A stretch of 64,000 nucleotides of DNA from NCBI GenBank assembly GCA_002269645.1, contig NIVC01003296.1, positions 41,900 to 105,899 on the forward strand, given 5' to 3'. Made by a program: the position numbers and the translations under genes. Numbering within the stretch: position 1 is the stretch's first letter; the number at the start of each line of letters is the position of its first letter. Positions 26,765-56,391 of this stretch are shown here, one piece after another. The notes under the pieces were generated by a model. It saw only the letters and a program-made list of their open reading frames with translations, was not told where the DNA came from and did not search any database. The stretch is from Macrostomum lignano. Lineage: Eukaryota.

Positions 26765-28597
26765 ATGACACTAGTAAACTGTGCATCCGATGTCAGTGAA
26801 GACGAAGAAGGACGCCAGGTCACCGACCAGCAGCAGCAGCAGCAGCAGACAGTTGGCTGCAGCTCAAGCTCGGCGCTGGACAACTGGCGTCATACACACG
26901 TCGTCACGAAGCTGGAGGCGATGGTACAGGCAATGCAACATCCTCAAACAGGTGTCACTTTTCGAGCCCAGAAGGCATTTCTGACCTCTGTGCCGGCGGC
27001 AGTTGCCGGTAGCGACCTCATCGCCTGGGTCCGACGATACACGGGAGCCGAGGAACCGACAGAGGCCAATCACATCGCCAGCCTCTTGGCAATCTACGGC
27101 TACGTCTACCCTCTGAGCGATGATTATTCCTTGGCGGTGAGGGACGATCCATCGTGTCTGTACCGCTTTCAGTCGCCGTATTATTGGCTATCGATTTCCG
27201 GTCGACCTGACAATCTAGACTATGCTATCCACCTGGTCAAGCGCATGATTCGCAGCAAGCAGAAACCAAGCTTCGAGGACTTTGAAAAGTTGGCCCTGTC
27301 CAAGCTGCAAAAGTTGCTGGCCGATCGCTGGCAGTTTATCGCTCTGCAGGCCGAGGAGGAGCTGAAGCTGCTGCGGGAGCGCAAAAAGAATGACCGAATG
27401 GTGTTAGAAATGCAGGAGCAGGCCTACTGGCGGGTGCACCGACCGCCTCCGGGCTACATTAACTCAGTTGATCACCCGGTACCGCGGCACTTCAGCCTCA
27501 CCCAGACGCAGAATCGACTAGCCAAGCAGCGTCGCCAGCGTCAGCACAAGGAGTCCCTAGTCAGCAGTCAGAATGCGCATCACAAGTCCGGTGAGACCAT
27601 CATTGCTTGCTACGAGATCTCCAAGGCATTTGATTGGTTCTTGCACACTCGGGCGGCGGCACCAGGGACAGCAGGGACGATGGCACAGCCACCGGCAAAT
27701 GGCAGCAATTCAGCCGCAGGCACAGCTAGTGCTGGGCCTGCGGTCGACACGTCCTTCACTGAAGCCGATCACTCAGGAGGACCATCATCAGATAGCGCCG
27801 CTCTGACCAGCGGTCAGTCGCCCTGGGTTGGTGATGATCTGGCTGTGTTTCAGAACAGCCTGGGCTACGGAGAGAGTGGTCTGACACCAAAGCAGGTAAA
27901 AATGTGGTCAGCTTATTTTGACTTTCTCCTCCGTGATGCAGCTGGCCTGGAGTACTTTAAACAGTTTCTTACTAAGGAGTTCAGCTCGGAGAATCTCAGC
28001 TTTTGGCTAGCTGTGCAGGATTACAAGTTCGGTCCCAACGACCAGCTGAGATCGCGCATGACGCAAATTTTTGACGAGTTTCTTGCTCCGGGAGCGCCAT
28101 CCGAGATCAACATCGATTCCAAGACCATGACAATCACTCAGAAGGGCATGCAGTCGCCCAACCGGTTCTCCTTTGAAGAAGCCCAGGAGCACATCTACCT
28201 GTTGATGAAGAAGGACAGCTACCAGCGCTTCCTGCGCTCCGACGATTACAAAACGCTGCTGCAGTCGGCAATTGAGCGCCACGCTATGAAAAAGCGCGGC
28301 GCCCTGTTTAACTTCGGCAAGAAGGCGGCACAGCCGACATCGTCAAGCGCGGCGCACCCAACTGTGACAGCGTCAATCTCTCAGCGCGCCAAAGTGGAGA
28401 CGCAGAGCAGTCTGGAGGCATCGAGTTCATCCGGAGCTCGAGTGCTCAAGACGCGACCGGTGGATCAAGCTGGGCCGAGTGGCTGCGAACCAGTCGCGAA
28501 CAAGGCGAGCGCGGGCGAGGTGGCGCCTTGGGAGACGGAGGCTGCGTCAGAGAAAAAGCCGGACAGCTCTACGGTGACGCCATGGGAAGACGGCTAG
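26765..28597 (+). CDS. R7-family regulator of G-protein signalling (DEP-DHEX-GGL-RGS; RGS9/11/EAT-16-like), intronless, 610 aa
   Basis: DEP (VTKLEAMVQAMQHP..GV..AGSDLIAWV..GYVYPL..YRFQSPYYW), DHEX (QEQAYWRVHRPPPG), split GGL (DWFL...SPWVGDD), RGS box (F..FL.KEFSSENLSFWLA..EINID..FEEAQEHIYLLMKKDSYQRFLRS). Confidence 0.92.
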   Translation: MTLVNCASDVSEDEEGRQVTDQQQQQQQTVGCSSSSALDNWRHTHVVTKLEAMVQAMQHPQTGVTFRAQKAFLTSVPAAVAGSDLIAWVRRYTGAEEPTEANHIASLLAIYGYVYPLSDDYSLAVRDDPSCLYRFQSPYYWLSISGRPDNLDYAIHLVKRMIRSKQKPSFEDFEKLALSKLQKLLADRWQFIALQAEEELKLLRERKKNDRMVLEMQEQAYWRVHRPPPGYINSVDHPVPRHFSLTQTQNRLAKQRRQRQHKESLVSSQNAHHKSGETIIACYEISKAFDWFLHTRAAAPGTAGTMAQPPANGSNSAAGTASAGPAVDTSFTEADHSGGPSSDSAALTSGQSPWVGDDLAVFQNSLGYGESGLTPKQVKMWSAYFDFLLRDAAGLEYFKQFLTKEFSSENLSFWLAVQDYKFGPNDQLRSRMTQIFDEFLAPGAPSEINIDSKTMTITQKGMQSPNRFSFEEAQEHIYLLMKKDSYQRFLRSDDYKTLLQSAIERHAMKKRGALFNFGKKAAQPTSSSAAHPTVTASISQRAKVETQSSLEASSSSGARVLKTRPVDQAGPSGCEPVANKASAGEVAPWETEAASEKKPDSSTVTPWEDG

Positions 28598-30672
28598 ATT
28601 TAGGACTAGCTTTCACCTCCACATTTATTGAAGAAACTCTTAGAGTCTGTTGTTTACTCTTAAGTTTGGAGAATGAACCAAACCTAAATTCATGTCTCAA
28701 GCCGAATACCACATTTGCACTGTTTCGCCATCTTTATAAAATTAGTAGTTACATGCAGCAAATTCTATGATCGCAGCACTAATCGTCATCGAATTACAAG
28801 AAAATGCGCGAGTACTTTTGTAGGCGCAGCTCATGCTCTTAGCCTTAGCTACTTCAAATATTCTACATATTGCGCACTGTTGCACCTTGCTGAACAAAGT
28901 TTTTTATAAGCGAACACGTAACATTATACGTGAATCTTTTTATTGTACGCTTGCAATGGGCACTTAAAACCGAGCACCTATTGCGCCTATAATCAGTTTA
29001 TCTTTATCCTCAATTAAAAACGTGTTTGTTTTCAGATATTTTTTTTAGTTTGTATACATGTAGGTTCTCTATGATCTTGCATGATCTCTAATTGTACCCA
29101 TCGAATTAATAGAAATGGGCTAAGAGCCTGACGTCCGAATGACATAGTCTTCAATTCTGCTTATTTTTGTTTCGGGGGGGGGCTTTAAATCACGCGCCTA
29201 GAAGCGATCCGTCTTTAATGTACGTCAATCCGCTTGCTACATGTACATGTGGGTCTGGAGTTTGCGTGTCACTCATTAGGTACTTAATTATAGTAAAGGT
29301 CAACATAGCGAGCCGTACGCTTTTTTTGCTGGACCGCGGCGGGTGCCGAACGCCTTATCTAATTGCCGCGTGTGTCTCGTTGATCGAGCTGTCGCTTGTA
29401 CAGTAGGGTGTTCTCCGCAAGATCTGCAACATGTGGCACCGCGTCAGTCAAGGTCACCGAGTGCAGCACGCCCGCACAGATCAAAAGGCATTCCGGCTCT
29501 TTCAATTACGTCCCTAAGCGAGAATTTCGTCGCCCATATCCGGCACGAAACTATGTGTACATGTACCGAGATCATGTAGACGAATAGATGGTAAGCTAAA
29601 CGTGTGTAATCCGTTGTGCATTAAAAAATCCTCCGGATGATAAACTATAGATATTCAAAGATGATTGCATGGTTGTTGTGCTATGAGTTACATGTACTCA
29701 GGAAATACCTTACTTACGAAAAATAAACTTGGATGTAAACATCCATTAATTTGTTTTGGTATGTCTCTAGTATTTCTACTGTAATTCCAGGCTCTATAAC
29801 GTACATGTATCTGCATGGAATTAAGCGCATCCCTATAGATTCTATAATTAATCTTGCCAAGCTAAGTATTGTAGTTAATTCCATTAAAATAGTTTTTCGT
29901 GTGCCTGGCGATGGCATTTATTCACTTGTTGATGGAACGAAAACGTGAGTTTTTTCTGGTTTACGGACCAACATTCTGACCACAATTATACATACATGTA
30001 CCTAATATCTACAGTGTGTAATTTCGTTATCTTCTCAAATCATGCTCCTCCAACTGTATGTGCTAAGTTTATCTAGCTATGATTATACCTTTCCACCCAA
30101 ACTTTGACTCCTCTCCAGTCAGAATCGGAAATGACCTCCTTTCTTTCTTTCTTACGTTTAATTTAAACCAAAAGTAAAAAGTACATTACACACCCACGAA
30201 AGATAGCGTAGTTAAAATTCTGTTTTATTGCTGTCAAGTTTTAAACATATAAATTGTAGGCTAATTAAAGCCTTATAGTAAAAAAATTTTTATTAATGTT
30301 TACACATAACAGCCTTCTTTGTTTTACGTTTTATGGTATACGATTTCAAATATATTTAATTTAATAATTTTCTTCTAACGTACATACATATTCTGCTGCT
30401 GCTGAGAATACCCGAGAGTCGCATACCTTGCCACGTCAGTCATTGAATTCATTAGTTAACAAGCCAGCCCCCATCGTCACCGCTCGGTCGTCACTTCCCT
30501 TTGTATTTTTAAATCGATTTAAAGCAAAGGCTAGGTCATTAAATTCTACCCTGACTAGGCCTACCTAATTTGTATTCTAAACTCTTATCCCGACATCCAA
30601 AAATTGAGGATAGGCCTAGTTAGCTAGCTACTGAATAAAAAAAAACACGTTTGTAAGCAACAATTATTGACA

Positions 30673-48835
<18,163 letters not shown>

Positions 48836-49617
48836 GACCGCGTTCTTTGTTTTTTTAATTAAAAAACTATTTGTGCTCTTTTACGTTCGATTTTGTTGCA
48901 CTTTTATTAAGTTGATTTTCGGAACTGAATGAAATTTAATACGCATGCGAAACGCGCACAGCCCACTCGAGCCGGGTGGCGGCCGGGACCGCGTGCTTAA
49001 AAGAATTTTCTCTCGTTAAATTTATTCGCCCTGGCCTTCCGCTCTGGCATTTTGCCGGCACCGTATTTATACCATAATATTAGGCTATTATTACTCCGCA
49101 CCTTTAATAAAGTCATTGTGTAATTTAGTGTAGCAACCTTTTTCAAGTTAGTTTTTTTCGATAATGCTTTTAATGTGTAATTTTTCTATGAATAATTTCA
49201 TTCTGCAGGGCAGTTGCCACATTGAGCAACACTCTCTATTGCCCGGCATATTAAACCTTGAGGCCTGGCCAGTCCAACACTGCATTTGCTTGTCACGCCA
49301 AACAGCTGACTTGTACATCGTTTGCTATGCGTTGTTGTTATTTTTAAAGTCCCTGTTTTTTAACCTATTATCTAATTCCTAGCCGTTTAAGCGCTAACTT
49401 TTATCGACTCATTGCGTTCGTTTCACTCTTTGTATCGCTAAAATATTAAAGGTGCTATAATAGTTTAACTTGATTGAAACATAGTTTGAAAGTTTGAATT
49501 CGAAACATGGCCTGTGCCTGTTTCAGTTGGTTGCATTTCAATTGTTTTTGAAGGCCTGGTTTTGGGTAGTTTGCTGTGGCCTGGTTTTCATTTTTTATTA
49601 AGTTATTGTTTATTATC

Positions 49618-50138
49618 TCAATCCAGTTACTAGCTGTCCCAATCCAGTTACTAGATATCCCAATCCAGTTACTAGCTATCTCAATCCAGTTACTAGCTGT
49701 CCCAGTCCAGTTACTAGCTGTCCCAATCCAGTTACTAGCTGTCCCAATCCAGTTACTAGATATCCCAATCCAGTTACTAGCTATCTCAATCCAGTTACTA
49801 GCTGTCCCAGTCCAGTTACTAGCTATCTCAATCCAGTTACTAGCTGTCCCAATCCAGTTACTAGCTATCTCAATCCAGTTACTAGCTGTCCCAATCCAGT
49901 TACTAGATATCCCAATCCAGTTACTAGCTATCTCAATCCAGTTACTAGCTGTCCCAGTCCAGTTACTAGCTGTCCCAATCCAGTTACTAGCTGTCCCAAT
50001 CCTGTTACTAGCTATCCCAATCCAGTTACTAGCTATCCCAATCCAGTTACTAGCTATCCCAATCCTGTTACTAGCTATCCCAATCCTGTTACTAGCTATC
50101 CCAATCCAGTTACTAGCTATCCCAATCCAGTTACTAGT
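49618..50138 (+). repeat. 21-bp minisatellite, ~25 copies
   Basis: Unit CAATCCAGTTACTAGCT(G/A)TC(C/T). Confidence 0.95.
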
Positions 50139-50754
50139 CCTATCGCGACACCAGAATCCCACAAGTCATCATCATATTCAAAACATATATATAGTACGCA
50201 AATTTTGAAATGTGCTTTAGCTAAGTTTGTTTGAATTTTGTTGTGACGCCAAAAATTATGTGCCAGCATCAAATCTACTTAATATTATTTTCCACTGCAA
50301 ATTTATATTTTTTATAAAAAAAAGCATTTTGCACCGGTTTTATTTTCGATTATTTTTGTTACTTATTTTTTCCATGCAATGTTGCTTCTCAATTTAAGCA
50401 TTGAAACTTTATAAGTTTTTGTAATAATTGTTTTCTAAATCCATCCTAGGAATTAATATTTTTTCTACGCAGCGTTCAGAACTTCAGTCCACTCTTGTCG
50501 CGGCTCAGTGTTGCTATGTCAAAATGCCGAAATTTCTGCCATCGATCGGATATGACGATGGGAATTAATATGCTGTTGATTCGAACAATGATTTTTAGGT
50601 TTTTTGTGTTTCCGTTTTTTTATTTCGGTTATCTGCATAGGGTTCGAAGTGTCTTAAGCTTAGCTTGTAGATTTTTAATAACTAGATTAGTTAAGTAAAG
50701 TAAGTAGTCGATTATTAGATGATTAAAATCTGAAAATTTCCTCCATTAACAATC

Positions 50755-51525
50755 GCTTGAAAATTCCCTACTAATTGTTGCTTTAATGCTTGAAATTCCC
50801 CTATCAATAGTTGCTTTAGTGCTTGAAATTCCCCTATCAATAGTTGCTTTAGTGCTCGAAATTCCCCTATCAATAGTTGCTTTAATGCTTGAAATTCCCC
50901 TATCAATAGTTGCTTTAATGCTTGAAATTCCCCTATCAATAGTTGCTTTAATGCTTGAAATTCCCCTATCAATAGTTGCTTTAGTGCTTGAAATTCCCCT
51001 ATCAATAGTTGCTTTAGTGCTCGAAATTCCCCTATCAATAGTTGCTTTAATGCTTGAAATTCCCCTATCAATAGTTGCTTTAGTGCTTGAAATTCCCCTA
51101 TCAATAGTTGCTTTAATGCTTGAAATTCCCATATCAATAGTTGCTTTAGTGCTTGAAATTCCCCTATCAATAGTTGCTTTAGTGCTTGAAATTCCCCTAT
51201 CAATAGTTGCTTTAGTGCTTGAAATTCCCCTATCAATAGTTGCTCGAAATTCTCCTCTGTCACCAATCTATTGAAATTTCCCTATCAATAGTTGCTTTAA
51301 TGCTTGAAATTCCCCTATCAATAGTTGCTTTAGTGCTTGAAATTCCCCTATCAATAGTAGCTCGAAATTCTCCTCTGTCACCAATCTATTGAAATTTCCC
51401 TATCAAACAGTTGCTTTAGTGCTTGAAATTCCCCTATCAATAGTTGCTTTAATGCTTGAAATCCCCCTATCAATAGTTGCTTTAATGCTTGAAATTCCCC
51501 TATCAATAGTTGCTCTAGTCTTTGA
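50755..51525 (+). repeat. 33-bp minisatellite, ~22 copies
   Basis: Unit TTGAAATTCCCCTATCAATAGTTGCTTTA(A/G)TGC. Confidence 0.95.
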
Positions 51526-51679
51526 AATTCTTTGAATCAATCTGTTGAAATTCAGTTCAGGAACGCTATTTCAACTATGCAGTGCGTAGCTACTTATAAA
51601 TAGCTTAAAGCATGAAAAATGTCACCACGAGAAATTTCCCTTACACAGCCTATCATGCCGTCCTCCCGCAGCGGGCAGC

Positions 51680-52138
51680 ATGTCTCGCCAGGCAAGCCAG
51701 CAAGCCAACCAGCAGTTATCTGAAATGCGCAACAATGTCCGGTCGGATGTCCGCTTAATATTGGAGAATTTCTCCGAGATGCTGTCCCTGGCAAAGCCGG
51801 AGCCTGTCCAGGCGCAGCCGGGGAGCCTGTCCGAGAGCAGCACCAGAATCGCTACTGTGACGCAGACGTCGCAAGACTATCTAGAACTGAGCACCCGGGC
51901 CGCCAATCTAGTTCGAGCCTGCCACCTATTGAAACGCCAAGTGTTGGAGATGAAGCGGGCGTCAATACTTGACGATTTCTCTTGGATGCACAATGTGAAA
52001 GAGATCGCTAATACGGAAGAACGCAAGCAGCTTATCGAAATGCGTCGGGCGCTGGAGGACACCCGAGATCGGCTACTAGATATTCAATACGATCTGGAAG
52101 AGGAGGCGTGCGCCGCTAATGTCCCGGTTGTTGATTGA
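51680..52138 (+). CDS. MED22: Mediator of RNA polymerase II subunit 22, intronless, 152 aa
   Basis: VRSDVRLILENFSEMLSLAK...TQTSQDYLELSTRAANLVRA..LK..SILDDF...DIQYDLEEE parallels MED22 (LKDDIKSIMDNFTEIIKTAK..TQGEQDNYEMHVRAANIVRA..LILNDF..LYELEEEY). Confidence 0.85.
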   Translation: MSRQASQQANQQLSEMRNNVRSDVRLILENFSEMLSLAKPEPVQAQPGSLSESSTRIATVTQTSQDYLELSTRAANLVRACHLLKRQVLEMKRASILDDFSWMHNVKEIANTEERKQLIEMRRALEDTRDRLLDIQYDLEEEACAANVPVVD

Positions 52139-52956
52139 TGCATCATATTGTTAATTATTCGCATTTAGTTCTCAAAAAATGCGAAAATTCCCACCCTATA
52201 TTGCGAGCATTATATGAAAATGTAACTTGCACTTTGTAAATACATTATAGCCAGTATGCCTTTTCAAGCGCGTGCTATCTGTGTTGCATCTGATTTTTTA
52301 AATTTCTTTTCTGAATAATATAGCTTTGGGGTTTAGGCAAACAAAACTTAGATGTTTTGGCACCCCCCCCCCCCCTAAGAAACTTTGAACCTTCTATACC
52401 AACTTCTAGGTTTTATAAGAATTAAGTTAATAAGCAGAAAGTCTTAAATTATTGAGTTGCAATACTGTTTAAGTTTAGCTTACTAAATCATGTACTTTAT
52501 ATTCGCTTGTCTTCTGTGTTAAAGATGTTCTCCAATCTCAACTGCACCCTTAGTCTGTTGTCTATGGCCAAAGCATTTAGTCTACTCAGTCCACTTCACA
52601 GGTTATATAGACTATTTTATATGGAAATAGATGGTCAGCTTTGTTTAAAGATAGTTTGTACGTCTCCTTTGTAAAATTTAATGTCGTTCTTAATATACAA
52701 CTTTGTTGCCATTTCTTAATGTTTCAGTGCTACAGTCTTCATTTAACTCGCAATTTGGATTAGTTATTTAACCGCTTACAAACTGATCAGGAGGACAACT
52801 ATTTGGACATTTGCTACCATCAGGTGAAAATCTATTAGCAACCTCAGCTGTGCCTGAAGCTCCGCTATAAAGATCAAGAAGTCAAAAGGCGCAATTAATC
52901 ATCACATAATCGATTGCAATAATAACGCTGCTGCAATCGCGTATAATCGTGGCAAA

Positions 52957-54927
52957 ATGAAGGACGTCAATCGGAAGCTGCAACGACGCCACGAAGGCCA
53001 GGCTGACGATCAGTTCAATGCGGCTGACACTGACGACTCTGTGTCTTCGTTGTCGTCGGCGCCCGCCCCCGAGGAGGCGGACGATCGAATTGTTCTAGCC
53101 GACCAGCTGCACACCGACGACGTGGCTCGTGCGGCGGCCAATCAGAACAACCGCGCCTACGACGGCTACGCGATGGACGCCGCCGGCGCCACGAACTCGT
53201 CCGACTCCAGCGATGACGCCGGTAATCAGCTCCACGGAATGCAGCAGCAGAATCTGCAGCTGTGCGGCCCGGACCGGGCTTATTACACTCGCGACACTAC
53301 TAGCATACCCTATCGGCCACTCGGCGACAACGAGAACGGCGATGACGACGATAGTAACGGAGACAGCGACAACGTCGATGACGACGGTGACGACGAGGGC
53401 GAGAACTCTGACGGCGGCTTTGGTCAGTTCGGCTACTATAAGAACGCCGGACAAGGCCGCCAATCTGGCTACGCGGTGGCGTACACTAATAGCAACGGCT
53501 TAGGCTATGCTAGTGCCTCTGGTGCCGCCTCCACCAAATACAAGGCCGCTGCAGCTGTCACCGCCTCCTCTGGGTCGACTGCCGCCTCGGAGTCAGCTCG
53601 GCCAAGCGCTTCCACTGCTTATTCGTCGGAGAAGCGCCGTCAGAAGAGCGGCAGTCCGCCGGAGCAGGCCGGCAAGACTGGTTCGTCTAAGAAGCAGCAG
53701 CAGCAGTTCAGCGGTCAGTCCTCAGCGGATTCCACGGATCCAAGCGAGCCGAAGGCTGTGCACTACAGCCAGCTGCAGTACGGCTTGGACGGGTCCAGCG
53801 GCGGCCCGGCTTCGGATCGAGGCGCCAAAAGCAAGAAAAAACGTCGGGAGCAGGGAGTTCGGGCAACGATTAAAGCTCAGGACGTTCAGGGCAATCGTGG
53901 CAATGAAGACATTGACTCGCTGCTCAGTTTTATTGAAAACAATCCAGGCTCCAGGAGTAAGAAAAGCATTGCTCCTAGAAGTATTGTGCACCCTCAACTG
54001 CAGCTGCCACAGCAGCAGCCGAAGCAGAAGAAGCATGCCAAGGATAGCGGCAAGATAGCCTCGGATGCCCGGCCGAAGTCTCCGCCTAGTCCATCTGTTG
54101 AAGATGCTTCAACAGCAGCAGCCAGTGAAGCTAACACCCAGTCGCAGCCGCAGGAGCCTTTCGTTGACTCCTCGACTGCTGATAAAACATCCGCGCTTCA
54201 GAAGAAGCTGTCAGAAGAAGAGAAAGAAAGTAATGAGTCTGCGCCATCGTCTGATTCGGTTGCCGCACCGCCTAGCAGCGGTGTTGTTAAAGATGGCATC
54301 GTTAACAGTTCAGCTGAGAAACGGCAGCAGCAGCTGGAATTCACAGATTTCGACAATCTAACCGCGCCGGAGCCCGTCCAGGAAGACGCCTTCTCTGTGG
54401 TCCTGTCTAAGAAAGAGCGCAAGCGACTCACTAAACGGGCTGACGCCACTTCCACTATTCACAGCGCGCCCCCTCCCAAGCATAAGCCGCCGCGTCAAAG
54501 TGCTGATCAGCAGGGTCCACAGGCATACCAACAGCACCGTCAGGCTTCGTCGGCCCATTCGGCGTCAGCGCGAGCTCATAACGGTGCTCATTCAGCTGCC
54601 GCTCCGCCTGCGTCTGCCGCCGCCGCCGCCGCAGCTGGACCGTCGCCGCCAAACTCCAGCCAGACGCCGGCTTCTACGGTGCGCACCTCGTCGTCCTCTC
54701 GGTCTGGCTCGCCCGGAGTCTCCGACACGGCTGCTGCCACTGCCACAGCCGCACCCGTTGCTACCGCTGGTGCTGCCCCTCAGCGTCGTCCAAGGCCGCT
54801 GAATCCGGCCGAGTACGAGAAGCTGCTGCGCCAGAAGGCCGAAGAGAACGCCTTGCTTAGACGCGATCTTGACTCGTGCAGTCCGAATCATTCGCAGTTA
54901 ATTTCCTTTCTTTATTCGCTGTGCTAA
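52957..54927 (+). CDS. Uncharacterised low-complexity, probably disordered protein, 656 aa
   Basis: Long stop-free GC-rich ORF with the same codon style as the neighbouring genes; D/S/A/Q-rich with short ordered-looking motifs (KSKKKRR..GNRGNEDIDSLLSFIE; FSVVLSKKERKR). An upstream exon is possible. Confidence 0.8.
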   Translation: MKDVNRKLQRRHEGQADDQFNAADTDDSVSSLSSAPAPEEADDRIVLADQLHTDDVARAAANQNNRAYDGYAMDAAGATNSSDSSDDAGNQLHGMQQQNLQLCGPDRAYYTRDTTSIPYRPLGDNENGDDDDSNGDSDNVDDDGDDEGENSDGGFGQFGYYKNAGQGRQSGYAVAYTNSNGLGYASASGAASTKYKAAAAVTASSGSTAASESARPSASTAYSSEKRRQKSGSPPEQAGKTGSSKKQQQQFSGQSSADSTDPSEPKAVHYSQLQYGLDGSSGGPASDRGAKSKKKRREQGVRATIKAQDVQGNRGNEDIDSLLSFIENNPGSRSKKSIAPRSIVHPQLQLPQQQPKQKKHAKDSGKIASDARPKSPPSPSVEDASTAAASEANTQSQPQEPFVDSSTADKTSALQKKLSEEEKESNESAPSSDSVAAPPSSGVVKDGIVNSSAEKRQQQLEFTDFDNLTAPEPVQEDAFSVVLSKKERKRLTKRADATSTIHSAPPPKHKPPRQSADQQGPQAYQQHRQASSAHSASARAHNGAHSAAAPPASAAAAAAAGPSPPNSSQTPASTVRTSSSSRSGSPGVSDTAAATATAAPVATAGAAPQRRPRPLNPAEYEKLLRQKAEENALLRRDLDSCSPNHSQLISFLYSLC

Positions 54928-56391
54928 CTTTACTACTAGCTAATTATTCGGCTAGTGTGCGGATCGATTGCTAATATGGGCCGAGTTTTCCTGTAGCTGG
55001 ATTTAATTATACTTCGCTCCAATCAATTACATATCAATTCAAATCATCTTTCTTTCTCTTAGCTGAGGCGAACAATCCAGTTTTCGTCGTTTTCTTTTTG
55101 TCCAATTTTGTAAGCTAAAGTTGTTTACTTTTGTGCTTGTCTTGTTTTCTAAATAATGTTATGCCAACTTTTGTGTATCATTGTTAATCCGCGCCCTTCG
55201 CTTAAGGAAGCCCCTTGAATTATAGAAGGTCCCTTAATTTGTGCCCCCTCGGTTGTATAGACCTTATGTACGATTTTCCCTACTGCTAGTAGCATTACTT
55301 GCTAGTTACAATTTTTAACTTAATTTTCTGCGCTATCAGTTCATTAGCACATTTGTCATAAAAATAATTGATATGCAATTTGACCTAAGCGCCTTTAGCC
55401 AGCTTGAAGTCCCTGTGTCCACTCTCTCTATGGCACATGCTTACGAGAGAGAGAGCTGGTCCGTTTGATATGATGCGTAACACCTTTGTTGTTTTTTTGT
55501 TAGTCCTTTTCAAGTGACCAAAATAACTAGTTGGCCTTCGTAACGTGCATTAGTAGTCCTTAATAATTGTAATCATTTCGCTATTATTCCCCTACAATAT
55601 ATATCGTATCTTTTAGATAGAGCTTAAACACAAATCCATATTCTTGTACATTGAGTGCTAAATACTTTCATATTATTCATATTTCATTGTTCATTATTAT
55701 ATTTGCTTGAGCCATTTATTTTGTTCACACCTTTGTAGGTTTATATAATATCTACGAGTAATTAACTTATACCATATCTTTGTGTTATAATTAGCCTTCC
55801 ATGAATTGCAGCGGAATTGCATTGGGACTTTTAGGCTGCCGAGGTCTGTATTTGTGTGTTCATCATTTTGTTTATAAAGGTGTCAATTTGTTTTATTATG
55901 TTAATTGCTCAATTATCTATGCAGTCTCTGTTTGAATATAATATCTGTTCGAACTTGTTGCAACTTCTGCGCATATTCAGACATTTGAACTTTCAATATG
56001 AAAATTTGTCTTGCCGTTAAAAGCTAATTAAACATTAATTAATTTTTCAGTTGATTATTCAGCCACTTTGTCACAATAATCTTCAACCAAAACAGGTTTC
56101 TGTTTGCGATATTATAACCATGCGAGAAAGCTATTTTTGTTCCCAGTTGAATTTCTCTGCCGTTGTCTTTAAACTTTGCTTGCAGTACGTATAATGTATT
56201 TGCTTTGTTGAGATCATCCATTCTTTGCACCCGTGCTGTTGTGTTAGCTTGCTGTCTATCGTTTTTTTATTTGAAAAAAAACAAGTTTTATATTTGTTTC
56301 TAGTTAGTAAGTTACTGTCTTATATTGTGTGTGCATAAAACAGTCCTTTCAGTTAACAGAACTCTGTTTATTAGAGGGACTCTTATAGGAG

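Noticed and set aside
29655-29690. Spliced-leader RNA gene candidate (TTGCATG|GT)
   Set aside because: No Sm-binding site or stem-loops nearby, and not in a tandem cluster.
49455-51274. Repeat ORFs of 128-235 aa on both strands
   Set aside because: Unit lengths of 21 and 33 bp are multiples of 3 and give open frames by default.
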